NCBI GenBank assembly: GCA_965215515.1
Contig: OZ244057.1
Coordinates: forward strand, 1,215,717 to 1,279,716
Direction: 5' to 3'
DNA length: 64,000 nt
Source: Oligoflexales bacterium
GTDB taxonomy: Bacteria > Bdellovibrionota_B > Oligoflexia > Oligoflexales > JAPPIL01
The notes under the pieces were generated by a model. That model made no database searches and was not told the DNA's origin. It saw only the letters and a program-made list of their open reading frames with translations. This document shows, piece by piece, positions 36,545 through 45,169 of the stretch. Each line of letters begins with the position of its first letter. The stretch's first letter is position 1. The translations under genes were made by a program, and so were the position numbers.

Positions 36545-37450
36545 TCAGATGCGAATACCCATCCCGCCCCACATGGTGAAAAAGTTATGGTAGCCATCAG
36601 GAGTTGCCAGGAGAGTAAAATTACGCAACTCAACCTTGATGAACATATGTTTCAGGAAATGATACTTCTGCCCTACACTGAAGCTGACAAACAATTCGGT
36701 ACGATCTTCTGGTTCAGGTCGTCCTGCCGTTCCCCATAATTCTTTTTCATTCTCCCCAGCTCCAAAACTTTTCATATCCTCCTTCACATTACCATCGGCT
36801 TTTCGCGTAGTGTAGCGAGATGTCTTCCCAGTCTTAAGTTTCTTGCTCAGCGGATAATAGGTAGACGTACCCATCCCGCCACCAAAAGTCAGGAAAATAT
36901 CCATGTGACTGGTGCGCGGCAAAAAAGAAAAAATCTGCTTGCCATAGACAGGTGACCAGACGGCACTGAGCGAGAACAGCTGACCTATCTCCGTGATGGC
37001 TATGTACGCGGGGCCAACATTGGCACTTGCCCCAGGTTGTCGAAGTGTTGCGCCAACATCGCCGAGCGCACCATCCGCACACTTGCCTGGCAACGACGGA
37101 CCGTTTTGCGGACTAAAATCATTGTAAAAAGATTCGATACATAAACGCTCGGCACGATCTTGGTTCATCGCTACCGCAGCTTCCAAAGCCATGCCCCACG
37201 CTTCCGAAAAGTGATAGCTAACTCCACCGTGCACCATCATCGTGTTGACGAAGGAGTGATTCATGATTGCCCCGAAGTTGGCATTTACCTCGATGCGTTT
37301 TTGCTTGGGGAAAAGTTTGCGCAGCACAACAGCTTGACCCTCGGTCGCTTTACGGTAGGCTCGGTGCTTTTTCCCCCAAACTGGGACGGAAATACACAAC
37401 AACACCGCCACCAAAGATAATCTGGTCGAGAAGGTTTCCAGCACGAGCAC
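36545..37450 (-). CDS. hypothetical secreted (possibly outer-membrane) protein
   Basis: 301 aa. Signal peptide (LSLVAVLLCISVPVWG). Gly/aromatic-rich alternating pattern. First gene of the minus-strand cluster. Confidence 0.4.
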   Translation of the reverse strand: MLVLETFSTRLSLVAVLLCISVPVWGKKHRAYRKATEGQAVVLRKLFPKQKRIEVNANFGAIMNHSFVNTMMVHGGVSYHFSEAWGMALEAAVAMNQDRAERLCIESFYNDFSPQNGPSLPGKCADGALGDVGATLRQPGASANVGPAYIAITEIGQLFSLSAVWSPVYGKQIFSFLPRTSHMDIFLTFGGGMGTSTYYPLSKKLKTGKTSRYTTRKADGNVKEDMKSFGAGENEKELWGTAGRPEPEDRTELFVSFSVGQKYHFLKHMFIKVELRNFTLLATPDGYHNFFTMWGGMGIRI

Positions 37451-37603
37451 AACTCCAGCACCTGCCTACCATTTTAAGTTTATTCACGACATCATGCCAG
37501 CGGGACACTTGGCCATCTCGACCACTGCTCAACCAAAAAACCATATAAACAATGGTTTACAAACATTGCTAATAAAATTTTCACAACCCTCCGATGAGAG
37601 GGA

Positions 37604-37924
37604 GTGAAGGAAGTCGTTCAGCTGCAACGGAGGTGCCGTATGGTAGTGCGAATGTCGAAGCTGGAGAAGTCACTGGTCGAACTGGGGGCGGAGGTGTTCA
37701 AGCTCAGGCACGAGATGGCGGAGATGCGAGACTTTCACGCCTGTGTCGTTGCGACGCTGCACAGTCTGCGCTCCCTGCTGGAAGACAAGGGAGCGATCAC
37801 TGTCGCCGACCTCGATGCCGCGGCAGCCGACGTTGGCTTGCTTAATCAAGGGCAAGAACTATGCGAACAGCAACTCGAAATCACCGCTCAAGAAGTTCTC
37901 ACCCGTAAACGATTGTCACACTGA
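37604..37924 (+). CDS. small hypothetical coiled-coil protein
   Basis: Likely start ATG 37640 (MVVRMSKLEKSLVELG...) with a GGAGGTG RBS. About 95 aa, helical heptad pattern, AT-rich upstream region. Confidence 0.35.
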   Translation: MKEVVQLQRRCRMVVRMSKLEKSLVELGAEVFKLRHEMAEMRDFHACVVATLHSLRSLLEDKGAITVADLDAAAADVGLLNQGQELCEQQLEITAQEVLTRKRLSH

Positions 37925-37965
37925 GCCACGCCTCTCTGCCTAGCCACGGAACTCAGGGGTGAGAG

Positions 37966-38697
37966 TTATTCACGTAACGCGGCGATCAGGGCGACTAACT
38001 CGGCACGGCTGTAATTCTTGAGCAGCACATTGGAGTTGTCGTCGGGCGAGGACTCTTTCTGCGCTAGCACCTTCTCCAGGGCATCGGCAGCCTTGCGTCG
38101 TGAGGACATGGCAAGGTCGGCGAAACGTGCCCACTTCTTGGCCAATTCGAGGTGTCGCCATGCACAGGAATGGTAGACACCCTGTGCGCAGTAAAAGTTC
38201 GCAATGGAGATAAAACTACCCGCGATGCGCCGCTCGCCCTGCTCGATCAACTGCTGTGCCTGCCGTGCTTCCGCACTGCGAGGGTACGCCGCCAACAGCG
38301 CACGCCACGCTGCAAGTGCTTGGTAAGTGTAGTTCTGCTCGCGATCGACTTCGGTCGGAGCCTCTACCCAGTGCGCTTGCCCGATTTGAAACATGGCGTA
38401 AGCACGACGAGGATGGCGCGGGCGTAGACGTACGAAACGCTGGTAGGCGAGCAAGGCCTCTGGATAACGCGCCAGCGCATAGAACGCATCAGCGATCAGT
38501 AGTTCAGCCTCAGCGGCCAGTTTGTTGTAGGGATAGCGCGACTTGAAACTACCGAGACGAGCAATAGCCAGCTCGTAATCCTGCCCCTCGAAACTTTCCC
38601 GCGCCGCAGCAAAGGCCGCCTCAGGATTGTGAGGATCGCCGTTTTTGGCAAAACAACCGCTCACGGTAAGATAAAAGATTAACAAAAACAAGTGCAT
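37966..38697 (-). CDS. TPR-repeat lipoprotein, BamD/YbgF-like
   Basis: Start at internal ATG 38697 (MHLFLLIFYLTVSGC, lipobox VSGC). Several TPR-like helices (ELAIARLGSFKSRYPYNKLAAEAELLIADAFYALARYPEALLAYQRF...). Divergent from the TonB-domain gene. Confidence 0.5.
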   Translation of the reverse strand: MHLFLLIFYLTVSGCFAKNGDPHNPEAAFAAARESFEGQDYELAIARLGSFKSRYPYNKLAAEAELLIADAFYALARYPEALLAYQRFVRLRPRHPRRAYAMFQIGQAHWVEAPTEVDREQNYTYQALAAWRALLAAYPRSAEARQAQQLIEQGERRIAGSFISIANFYCAQGVYHSCAWRHLELAKKWARFADLAMSSRRKAADALEKVLAQKESSPDDNSNVLLKNYSRAELVALIAALRE

Positions 38698-38809
38698 GGC
38701 AACAAACAAGTAAGCATTCGCGTTACATCTGCCGATCTTACCAGTATCATAAAGGACGCGATCAGTAACCCTGTTTTTTGCGGGGAAGACGGATTGAGAG
38801 GAGAATACG

Positions 38810-39580
38810 GTGCGGCAAGCCATCGTCATCATCGCCCTGTCACTTGCCATCCACCTGCTACTGTGGATGATCTTCACCTCACTCGCCACCCCTCAGCGGC
38901 CGCTCACCCGTAAAGTGGCAACACCTACCGTCCTACAGGTGCAAGTCGTGCCAGCACCGCAAGCAAAACGTATCCTGGAGACTGAGCAGGAGGAAACCGA
39001 GCCACCGCTGCAGGCACGCTATCTCGGTCGCACCAACCATCGGGCTGAGGTTGCGACCAAAAAGCAAGCCGCCCCCCGCCGCCGTGCCGCTGTGGAGAAA
39101 TTTGTGCCCCGCCGTAGCATCACCGCACCTCGTTCCGCCACGAACAAACGTGCGCTACCTAAACTGACCTACGCACAGTTTCTGCAACAATCTCACCGCA
39201 GACTCGCCAGCAACGTCGCTCAGGACTTTTTTATTCCCGATGACCTCGCCCGCGGCACCGCGATAGACATCAGCACCCGTGAATATCGTTATATCGGCTA
39301 CTTCAGTAGCCTGCGGAAAGCGATCGAGTTGGCGTGGCACTACCCCGCCCAGGCGGCACGGCGCGGCCAGCAGGGCATCGTGCGCTTGCGGTTTGCGATC
39401 GCCGCCGACGGCTCAGCCTCGCGGATCAAAGTCATGCAATCGTCAGGCTACCGCCTACTCGATGTCGCCATCGTCGACGCTATCCGCCTCGCCTCGCCGT
39501 TCTCCCCCTTTCCTAAAGGGTTCGGACGCGCACAACTCACCATCACGGGCTCGTTTCACTACGTCTTGCGCGGCATCTAA
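38810..39580 (+). CDS. TonB-family protein (N-terminal TM anchor, Pro/charged linker, C-terminal TonB domain)
   Basis: N-terminal TM (AIVIIALSLAIHLLLWMIF). Linker rich in P/A/R. C-terminal block ...YPAQAARRGQQGIVRLRFAIAADGSASRIKVMQSSGYRLLDVAIVDAI... resembles the TonB C-terminal domain. No exbBD nearby. Confidence 0.6.
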   Translation: MRQAIVIIALSLAIHLLLWMIFTSLATPQRPLTRKVATPTVLQVQVVPAPQAKRILETEQEETEPPLQARYLGRTNHRAEVATKKQAAPRRRAAVEKFVPRRSITAPRSATNKRALPKLTYAQFLQQSHRRLASNVAQDFFIPDDLARGTAIDISTREYRYIGYFSSLRKAIELAWHYPAQAARRGQQGIVRLRFAIAADGSASRIKVMQSSGYRLLDVAIVDAIRLASPFSPFPKGFGRAQLTITGSFHYVLRGI

Positions 39581-41334
39581 CCACCGCTGTTAAAACATTT
39601 TCTTATCTCGTCCAGGTCAGCCTGATCTACCGTGCCGTCGCCATTGACATCGGCACGATGGGCAGGGTCATAGGTTTGTGTGGGTCGAGCACCGAGCGAT
39701 GATGCTGCCTTAGTTAGATCAAAAATATTGACAACACCATCGTTGGTGACATCGGTGTGCTTATAGCCGTTGAAGGTGACTTCGATACGCTTGCAACGCC
39801 GCGTCGTCCAGCTCGCATTAGCATCTCCACCGATGTACCGTATCCCTGCCTCGATATTGCAATCACTCGCACCCTTGCTGTCTCCGTTGCTGTATACCAG
39901 AAATTCCTGTCGATGCACCTCGCAATCCGTCGCCGCGTTAGGATTGGGCGTGAACTTGACATACTTCTCGCCCGTACTCGTCCTTGTGGTCATGATTCCT
40001 GTCTCGATAGTCACTAGACTAGAGAATTTTTCGTACTTCTCTACCTTCTCTTGCTTGGTTAGTGTACTGTCGAACGCGGGTACTGCTTCGATTTGCAGTG
40101 CGAGGTTGCCAAAGCGAACGTTGCTAGCTTTATTGAGGTTCTGGACGGATGTGCTGACAGACTGATCTTTGTGGGTAAGCTCGACCTCCCATGTGCTAGT
40201 ATCGAGCAGGGGAATTTCGAGGGCGATCGTCGTTTTTATCCTAAAGCCGCTGTCCGTGTTACTGAAGGTGAATAGCCGCTCCCGTCGGTAGGGGCGGCCG
40301 TAATCGGTGCCGCTGCCTTTGCTCAGCTTGAAGTAAACCGCGGTACTTTTTCCCGCCGCGAGCGTGCCGCTAGCCAGGCTTTCCGCTGCGCTCACGGGCT
40401 GGTACGTGCCTGTCAGCCCTGATCTAAACTGCAACCATGCCGCAGCCTGCTCGCTTTTTACTTTCCAGCGCAGTGTCCCTTGCCCGATGTTACTAACGGT
40501 AACCGGATAGGCAATCACACTACCGCTGATAATGGTGAGGTTCTTGTTTAGCACTTTGAGCGCACCGACAGCTTTCGCCTGGGTGGCAGGCTGTTCATCA
40601 TCGGGACTGGGGGTGGGTTGCTGCTTTTCCCACGTGTAGCGCGTTGCCACCAGCTGTCGCTCACTGTTGTCGCCCAAGCCGCGCAGACAAAGGGTCTTAG
40701 GCCCATTTGCACCGACGGTTAGCTCAAGTATCTTGTTTATCGGCTGTGCCGCGCGGTAGCTAACGTCAGAATCGGTAGCGATATCCGCACAGTCGTATTC
40801 TTTTTCCTGGATCAGCACATACTGGTAGTGGGTGGTGATATCATTGCCTACAATCTCGTTCACGAGCTTAGCGGCGGTGTCTATGGGTTGTGTTTCTAGA
40901 TAAGCGTTCGGTAGCTTGTCGTCCGTGGCAGCACCATCGACCTTTGTCCAGCTGTAGCGTTTAGGGTCGTCTTGCACCTCGCCGTGCTCGTTTTTACCTC
41001 TGAGACAGAGAGTTTTCTCGCCGTTGCCGCCGATCTCGGGAACTGCCAGTTTGGTGTCAAGGGGTAGGAATTCCCCATAGTTAGCGGTGTCGCAGGCCGC
41101 GTCGGCATCGCGCAACAGGGCAAACTGGTACGCGGTCGCCGTGTCGTTGCCTGAGACCGTCGCCTCCACGCTATCGGCACTCGACTCGCCCGCAGGCAGC
41201 CCTTGCCCTGCCTCTACCCAGACCTCTGGCGCAGCCGACGGGTTTGCCTCGCCTCCCCCTCTGGATGGCTCCTCGGGGCGTTGAGTATCACAAGCAATCG
41301 CCAGCAAACCCACCAACCAAGGGATAATCCTCAC
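39577..41334 (-). CDS. large secreted lipoprotein with two copies of a novel ~75-aa Cys-containing domain and a C-terminal dockerin-like (type I) Ca-binding repeat pair
   Basis: Lipobox IAC (LVGLLAIAC). Repeats ...Y.FALL...C....YGEF...G.KTLCLRG...G..Q..P..Y.W... twice. C-terminus DVTNDGVVNIFDL...LG / DVNGDGTVDQADL matches the dockerin D.N.DG.VN..D consensus. Confidence 0.55.
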   Translation of the reverse strand: MRIIPWLVGLLAIACDTQRPEEPSRGGGEANPSAAPEVWVEAGQGLPAGESSADSVEATVSGNDTATAYQFALLRDADAACDTANYGEFLPLDTKLAVPEIGGNGEKTLCLRGKNEHGEVQDDPKRYSWTKVDGAATDDKLPNAYLETQPIDTAAKLVNEIVGNDITTHYQYVLIQEKEYDCADIATDSDVSYRAAQPINKILELTVGANGPKTLCLRGLGDNSERQLVATRYTWEKQQPTPSPDDEQPATQAKAVGALKVLNKNLTIISGSVIAYPVTVSNIGQGTLRWKVKSEQAAAWLQFRSGLTGTYQPVSAAESLASGTLAAGKSTAVYFKLSKGSGTDYGRPYRRERLFTFSNTDSGFRIKTTIALEIPLLDTSTWEVELTHKDQSVSTSVQNLNKASNVRFGNLALQIEAVPAFDSTLTKQEKVEKYEKFSSLVTIETGIMTTRTSTGEKYVKFTPNPNAATDCEVHRQEFLVYSNGDSKGASDCNIEAGIRYIGGDANASWTTRRCKRIEVTFNGYKHTDVTNDGVVNIFDLTKAASSLGARPTQTYDPAHRADVNGDGTVDQADLDEIRKCFNSGG

Positions 41335-41511
41335 GCTAACCTCCAGGCAGTGATCGTCGCTCCTCCATCGGTAAACTAAGTAAATAGTTTAATTTTCCTG
41401 TGTTGTTTTGCCTGTCAGGCTATTTTTAGATGTAAAAACAAATAGTTAATTGATAGGCGGGGCGTTGTTGCATAGGTCGGCGTATTCAACAAAGGCCGTG
41501 TCGCTTCCCTG

Positions 41512-41922
41512 TCATTTAGCGATTTTAAGTGACTTATCGCTTTCGATGCGCAGCACCTGACGGCGCACTGCGGTGTTTTTCGCTTTGGTGATGATCACGA
41601 TGGAACTTAGGCCTTTAAAGCTGTAGACGTAAGGCACTGCGGGCTCGATCGCTAAATATCTGACACGTTCTGAGTTGCGATCGTAGACAGCAAGCTCAAT
41701 CGCCGTCGGTGCGCTCCCCCCCAAGTTGTGGGTGGTCATCTTCAGCGACTGGGGTCTGTCGGTTGCTGACAGCGTAACGCGGGTGTCCAACGGCACATAA
41801 ACCACCGCGGGTTGAGGCAAAGTCACTTCCGATCCACTGGGCAAGGTGTTGAGATTAAAGCCTTTTGCTGCCAGAATACTCGCATTTAGCAACAAAACTA
41901 TGGGTAAGATAAAAACTCGCAC
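41512..41922 (-). CDS. hypothetical secreted protein
   Basis: 136 aa, signal peptide (MRVFILPIVLLLNASILAAKG). No motif recognised. Confidence 0.35.
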   Translation of the reverse strand: MRVFILPIVLLLNASILAAKGFNLNTLPSGSEVTLPQPAVVYVPLDTRVTLSATDRPQSLKMTTHNLGGSAPTAIELAVYDRNSERVRYLAIEPAVPYVYSFKGLSSIVIITKAKNTAVRRQVLRIESDKSLKIAK

Positions 41923-41990
41923 TGAGCTTTATTCTCCCAACTTTACGGTCAAGTTTCAGCCGCGGCGTACGAATAGTATTTTACCATAGG

Positions 41991-43070
41991 GTGGGCATAA
42001 ACAGCATGCTATTGGATGAAATTCTCAAACTTGCCCAGGACAACAGCGTCAGTGACGTTATCCTGAAGGCTGGCAGTGTGCCGATCATGCGTCACGCGGG
42101 AAAACTTTTACGCGTTGGCAACGCACAGAAAATTACCAACACGATCATATATCATATGGTCAGCCAAGTTTTGCCCAGTCATCTGGAACAGAAATTTTCT
42201 GCCGATGGCGATGTTGACTTTGCTTACCAAACAAACAGTGCTCGTTTCAGGGTTAACCTCTACAAGGAACAGCAGCGTCTCAGTCTGGTTTTGCGTCTCA
42301 TCAAGGATGTAATTCCTGCAGCCGAAGAACTGATGCTGCCTCCTGTAATAGGTAGATTTGCGCAACATAGAAGAGGCTTGATTTTGGTGACAGGAGCGTC
42401 TGGAAGTGGGAAATCTACCACTGTTGCCTATATTTTGAACCTGATCAATCAACAATGCTCTTATCACATTGTTACCATTGAAGATCCCATCGAATACGTT
42501 TTTAAAGAAAAAAGTTGTACGATCAGTCAACGTGAAGTGGGCATCGACACGCCGTCATTCCAGAAAGCATTGAGATCTGTCTTACGGCAAGATCCCGATG
42601 TAATTTTTGTCGGTGAGCTGCGAGATAAAGAGACAATTGAGGTAGCGATGCAAGCTTCCGAAACAGGACATCTGGTCATATCAACCCTTCACACCTCAGG
42701 CTGCGTAGACACCGTGTCCAGGATTATGTCTTACTTCGAACCCAGCAAACACGCCAGTGTCAAGCTGACCCTGGCGCGCTGCCTGAACGGCATAATATCA
42801 CAACGTCTCGTCACAGGCACACAAAACAATCTCGTCTGTGCTTTTGAAGTTATGCTTGCTAGCAGTTTTGTGCGTGAATGTATCTTGAGAAAAGACAATT
42901 TCGATGATATCGATAAAGCAATCAAAGAAGGTGCAGAAAAAAACGGTATGATAAGTTTCGACAACTCGCTCTTGCAACTCTACCAAAATCGTCATATTAC
43001 AAGACAAGCAGCACTCTACGAAGCTGACTCCCCCGCTGACCTGGAACTAAAAATGCGTGGAGTTGGCTAG
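41991..43070 (+). CDS. pilT: PilT-like type IV pilus retraction / type II secretion-family ATPase
   Basis: Walker A GASGSGKSTT, Asp box, Walker B DVIFVGELRD, His box ETGHLVISTLHT. Length 359 aa, typical of PilT. No other pilus genes nearby. Confidence 0.8.
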   Translation: MGINSMLLDEILKLAQDNSVSDVILKAGSVPIMRHAGKLLRVGNAQKITNTIIYHMVSQVLPSHLEQKFSADGDVDFAYQTNSARFRVNLYKEQQRLSLVLRLIKDVIPAAEELMLPPVIGRFAQHRRGLILVTGASGSGKSTTVAYILNLINQQCSYHIVTIEDPIEYVFKEKSCTISQREVGIDTPSFQKALRSVLRQDPDVIFVGELRDKETIEVAMQASETGHLVISTLHTSGCVDTVSRIMSYFEPSKHASVKLTLARCLNGIISQRLVTGTQNNLVCAFEVMLASSFVRECILRKDNFDDIDKAIKEGAEKNGMISFDNSLLQLYQNRHITRQAALYEADSPADLELKMRGVG

Positions 43071-43198
43071 AAACTGTCAAGAAAGCCGCGTTTCTATCGT
43101 CGGGGCGGGCGGTAATTTTTTCCTTCAGATATGGTGAGATTGAGATTAAATTTAAAATCTTTACAATTTGCCGATAGGGGTAGTGTTGGTTTATTTAT

Positions 43199-44317
43199 TT
43201 GACAGTTATGAATATGCGTTGTGCAATCCTCATGTTTTTGTTGGCATGCAATAAGTACGATGGTGGTGCGATTGGTTTTAGTGCTGATGCCGAGGTCATT
43301 CGCAGTGAGGAGCACACGGAAGTTTTTACCCCTGCAGTGGATAGGGGACGTAAGCTTGACATCTTGTTGGTGGTAGACAACTCTGGCTCGATGCTCGAAG
43401 AACAAGAGAACTTGGCAGGCAAGCTTGATAGCTTGCTGGAGAAGGTTAGCGGCAGTGATTGGCAAATTGCCATCACCACTACCGACACACGTGATTGTGT
43501 GGTTAAGATAATTACCCCTGCCAACAAGGATGAGTTTGCCACGACGGTGCGAGGGTTAGGCACGGACGGTAGCGGTGATGAGATGGCAGTGTGGCAGATA
43601 TTACAGGCATTGCAAGGCAACTGTATTCGTGACGACAGCGGCGGTAGTGAGGAAACCATCTTGATGGAAAAGGCATTGCAGTTACGCACGGACGGCGTAT
43701 TGTTCGCGGAAAATGATGAAATCAGGGCAATGCAGCTACCCCCTGGTCATGATGCCAGAGATGTCAGCAGTTGTGAACGACGACGCACTTGGTTGCGTAA
43801 TGACTCGACACTCGCCATTTTGCTGGTCAGCGATGAGGATCACAACTGTAGCGAACACTACATGTGTGGCTTGACCGATCTTTACTTCTACCTCAATAGT
43901 ATTCGCACTTTGCACGCTACGGCACGCCTTTACGGTCTACTCGACATCGATACCAAAGATGATGGTAAGGGTAGCGGTTGGGCAACCTTGCCTGGGGCAC
44001 AAAAATTCTTGCAGTGGCAAGACGGTAACGGCGAATCGCTGTTCGACCACTATGCGTCGATTAACGACAATGATTACAGCGAGACATTGCAGAAAATTTC
44101 TCGCAGTATTTCTTCCGCCATGCAGAGTACTTTTATTTTGAAACACACGCATGACGGACGCAAATTTACCATCAAAGTCAGCTACGGCAACGACAGCAGA
44201 GTGCTGGCGGAAAACGAATACATACTCGACGATAAAACACTACGTATCGTCACCACTCTGCCTGCCAACACCTCCCGCATCGAGGTGCTATACACCCATA
44301 ACCCCGATCGAGTGTGA
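43199..44317 (+). CDS. von Willebrand factor type A (vWA) domain lipoprotein
   Basis: Lipobox LLAC (AILMFLLAC). MIDAS-containing vWA start DILLVVDNSGSM. Confidence 0.6.
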   Translation: MTVMNMRCAILMFLLACNKYDGGAIGFSADAEVIRSEEHTEVFTPAVDRGRKLDILLVVDNSGSMLEEQENLAGKLDSLLEKVSGSDWQIAITTTDTRDCVVKIITPANKDEFATTVRGLGTDGSGDEMAVWQILQALQGNCIRDDSGGSEETILMEKALQLRTDGVLFAENDEIRAMQLPPGHDARDVSSCERRRTWLRNDSTLAILLVSDEDHNCSEHYMCGLTDLYFYLNSIRTLHATARLYGLLDIDTKDDGKGSGWATLPGAQKFLQWQDGNGESLFDHYASINDNDYSETLQKISRSISSAMQSTFILKHTHDGRKFTIKVSYGNDSRVLAENEYILDDKTLRIVTTLPANTSRIEVLYTHNPDRV

Positions 44318-44387
44318 AAAATAAACCGCACCCTAACCCTCGCAGCGACGACGATAGGCACGCAGTTTGGGAAGCTAAGCAGATACT

Positions 44388-45074
44388 TTAAACAACAAAA
44401 CCACCTAACCTCTCCTGCATAAGGCGGAAAACTTCCGCCACCGCATCTGCTCCCTGTAGCTCAGAGGTATCAAGACACACGAGGCGTGCGTCACCTTTGT
44501 CACACAGTGCCTTGAAGTGTTGTTGAATGCGCTCGTGTTCGCTCTTTTGCTGTGGATCATAGCGCATGACAGTGTCGCGCGTGCTGCGCGCGGCAATACG
44601 TGCCTCGACCACCTCGTATTTGCTGACGAGCACGATAGTCAAATCAGGCACGATGCCAAAAGTAGTCAGTGCGATGACCTGTTCAACGGCCGCGGCAGGC
44701 AGTCCACCGAGACAGCCTTGGTAGACACGCGTGGAGTCGGCAAAACGATCGCATAGCACAATCCTGCCCGCACGCAGGGCAGGTGCAATGACCCGTTGCA
44801 CATGCTGGGCGCGGGCGGCAGAAACCAGCATCAACTCGGCTTCCATCGTCAGCGTTTCGGTCGTGTCATGGTTACGAAAGATGGCACGCATACGATCGGC
44901 CAAGGGCGTACCGCCTGGCTCTCTAGAGCATATTACAGGCAAGCCGTGGGAGTGCAGGAAGTCCTTCAGTGCTTGCACGAGATAGGTTTTCCCCGTGCCT
45001 TCGCTGCCTTCTATGGTGATAAATTTGCCGTGCATCTCCATTCCAGATCCACCTGCGCCGCTTGTAACACACAC
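44388..45074 (-). CDS. tmk: thymidylate kinase
   Basis: P-loop FITIEGSEGTGKT (probable start ATG 45041), DRF/DRY motif region (LCDRFADST) and Tmk lid. Confidence 0.9.
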   Translation of the reverse strand: MCVTSGAGGSGMEMHGKFITIEGSEGTGKTYLVQALKDFLHSHGLPVICSREPGGTPLADRMRAIFRNHDTTETLTMEAELMLVSAARAQHVQRVIAPALRAGRIVLCDRFADSTRVYQGCLGGLPAAAVEQVIALTTFGIVPDLTIVLVSKYEVVEARIAARSTRDTVMRYDPQQKSEHERIQQHFKALCDKGDARLVCLDTSELQGADAVAEVFRLMQERLGGFVV

Positions 45075-45169
45075 GGCAGATTTTCTCTACTTCCTTCGCT
45101 CCCCGCTCAACTTTCAGGGTAAACTAGCCGACAGCAGCGCTGAGCAGCGTTTTTCTGAGCGGTGAGGAA

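Noticed and set aside
35772-36572. Full-length 266-aa ORF as annotated in the track
   Set aside because: The upstream 68 codons would overlap the 36545-37450 gene and lack a signal peptide. The internal ATG 36368 gives a canonical lipoprotein N-terminus (MCLSAFAC), so the shorter model was preferred, though the in-frame GAGYVV duplication leaves some doubt.
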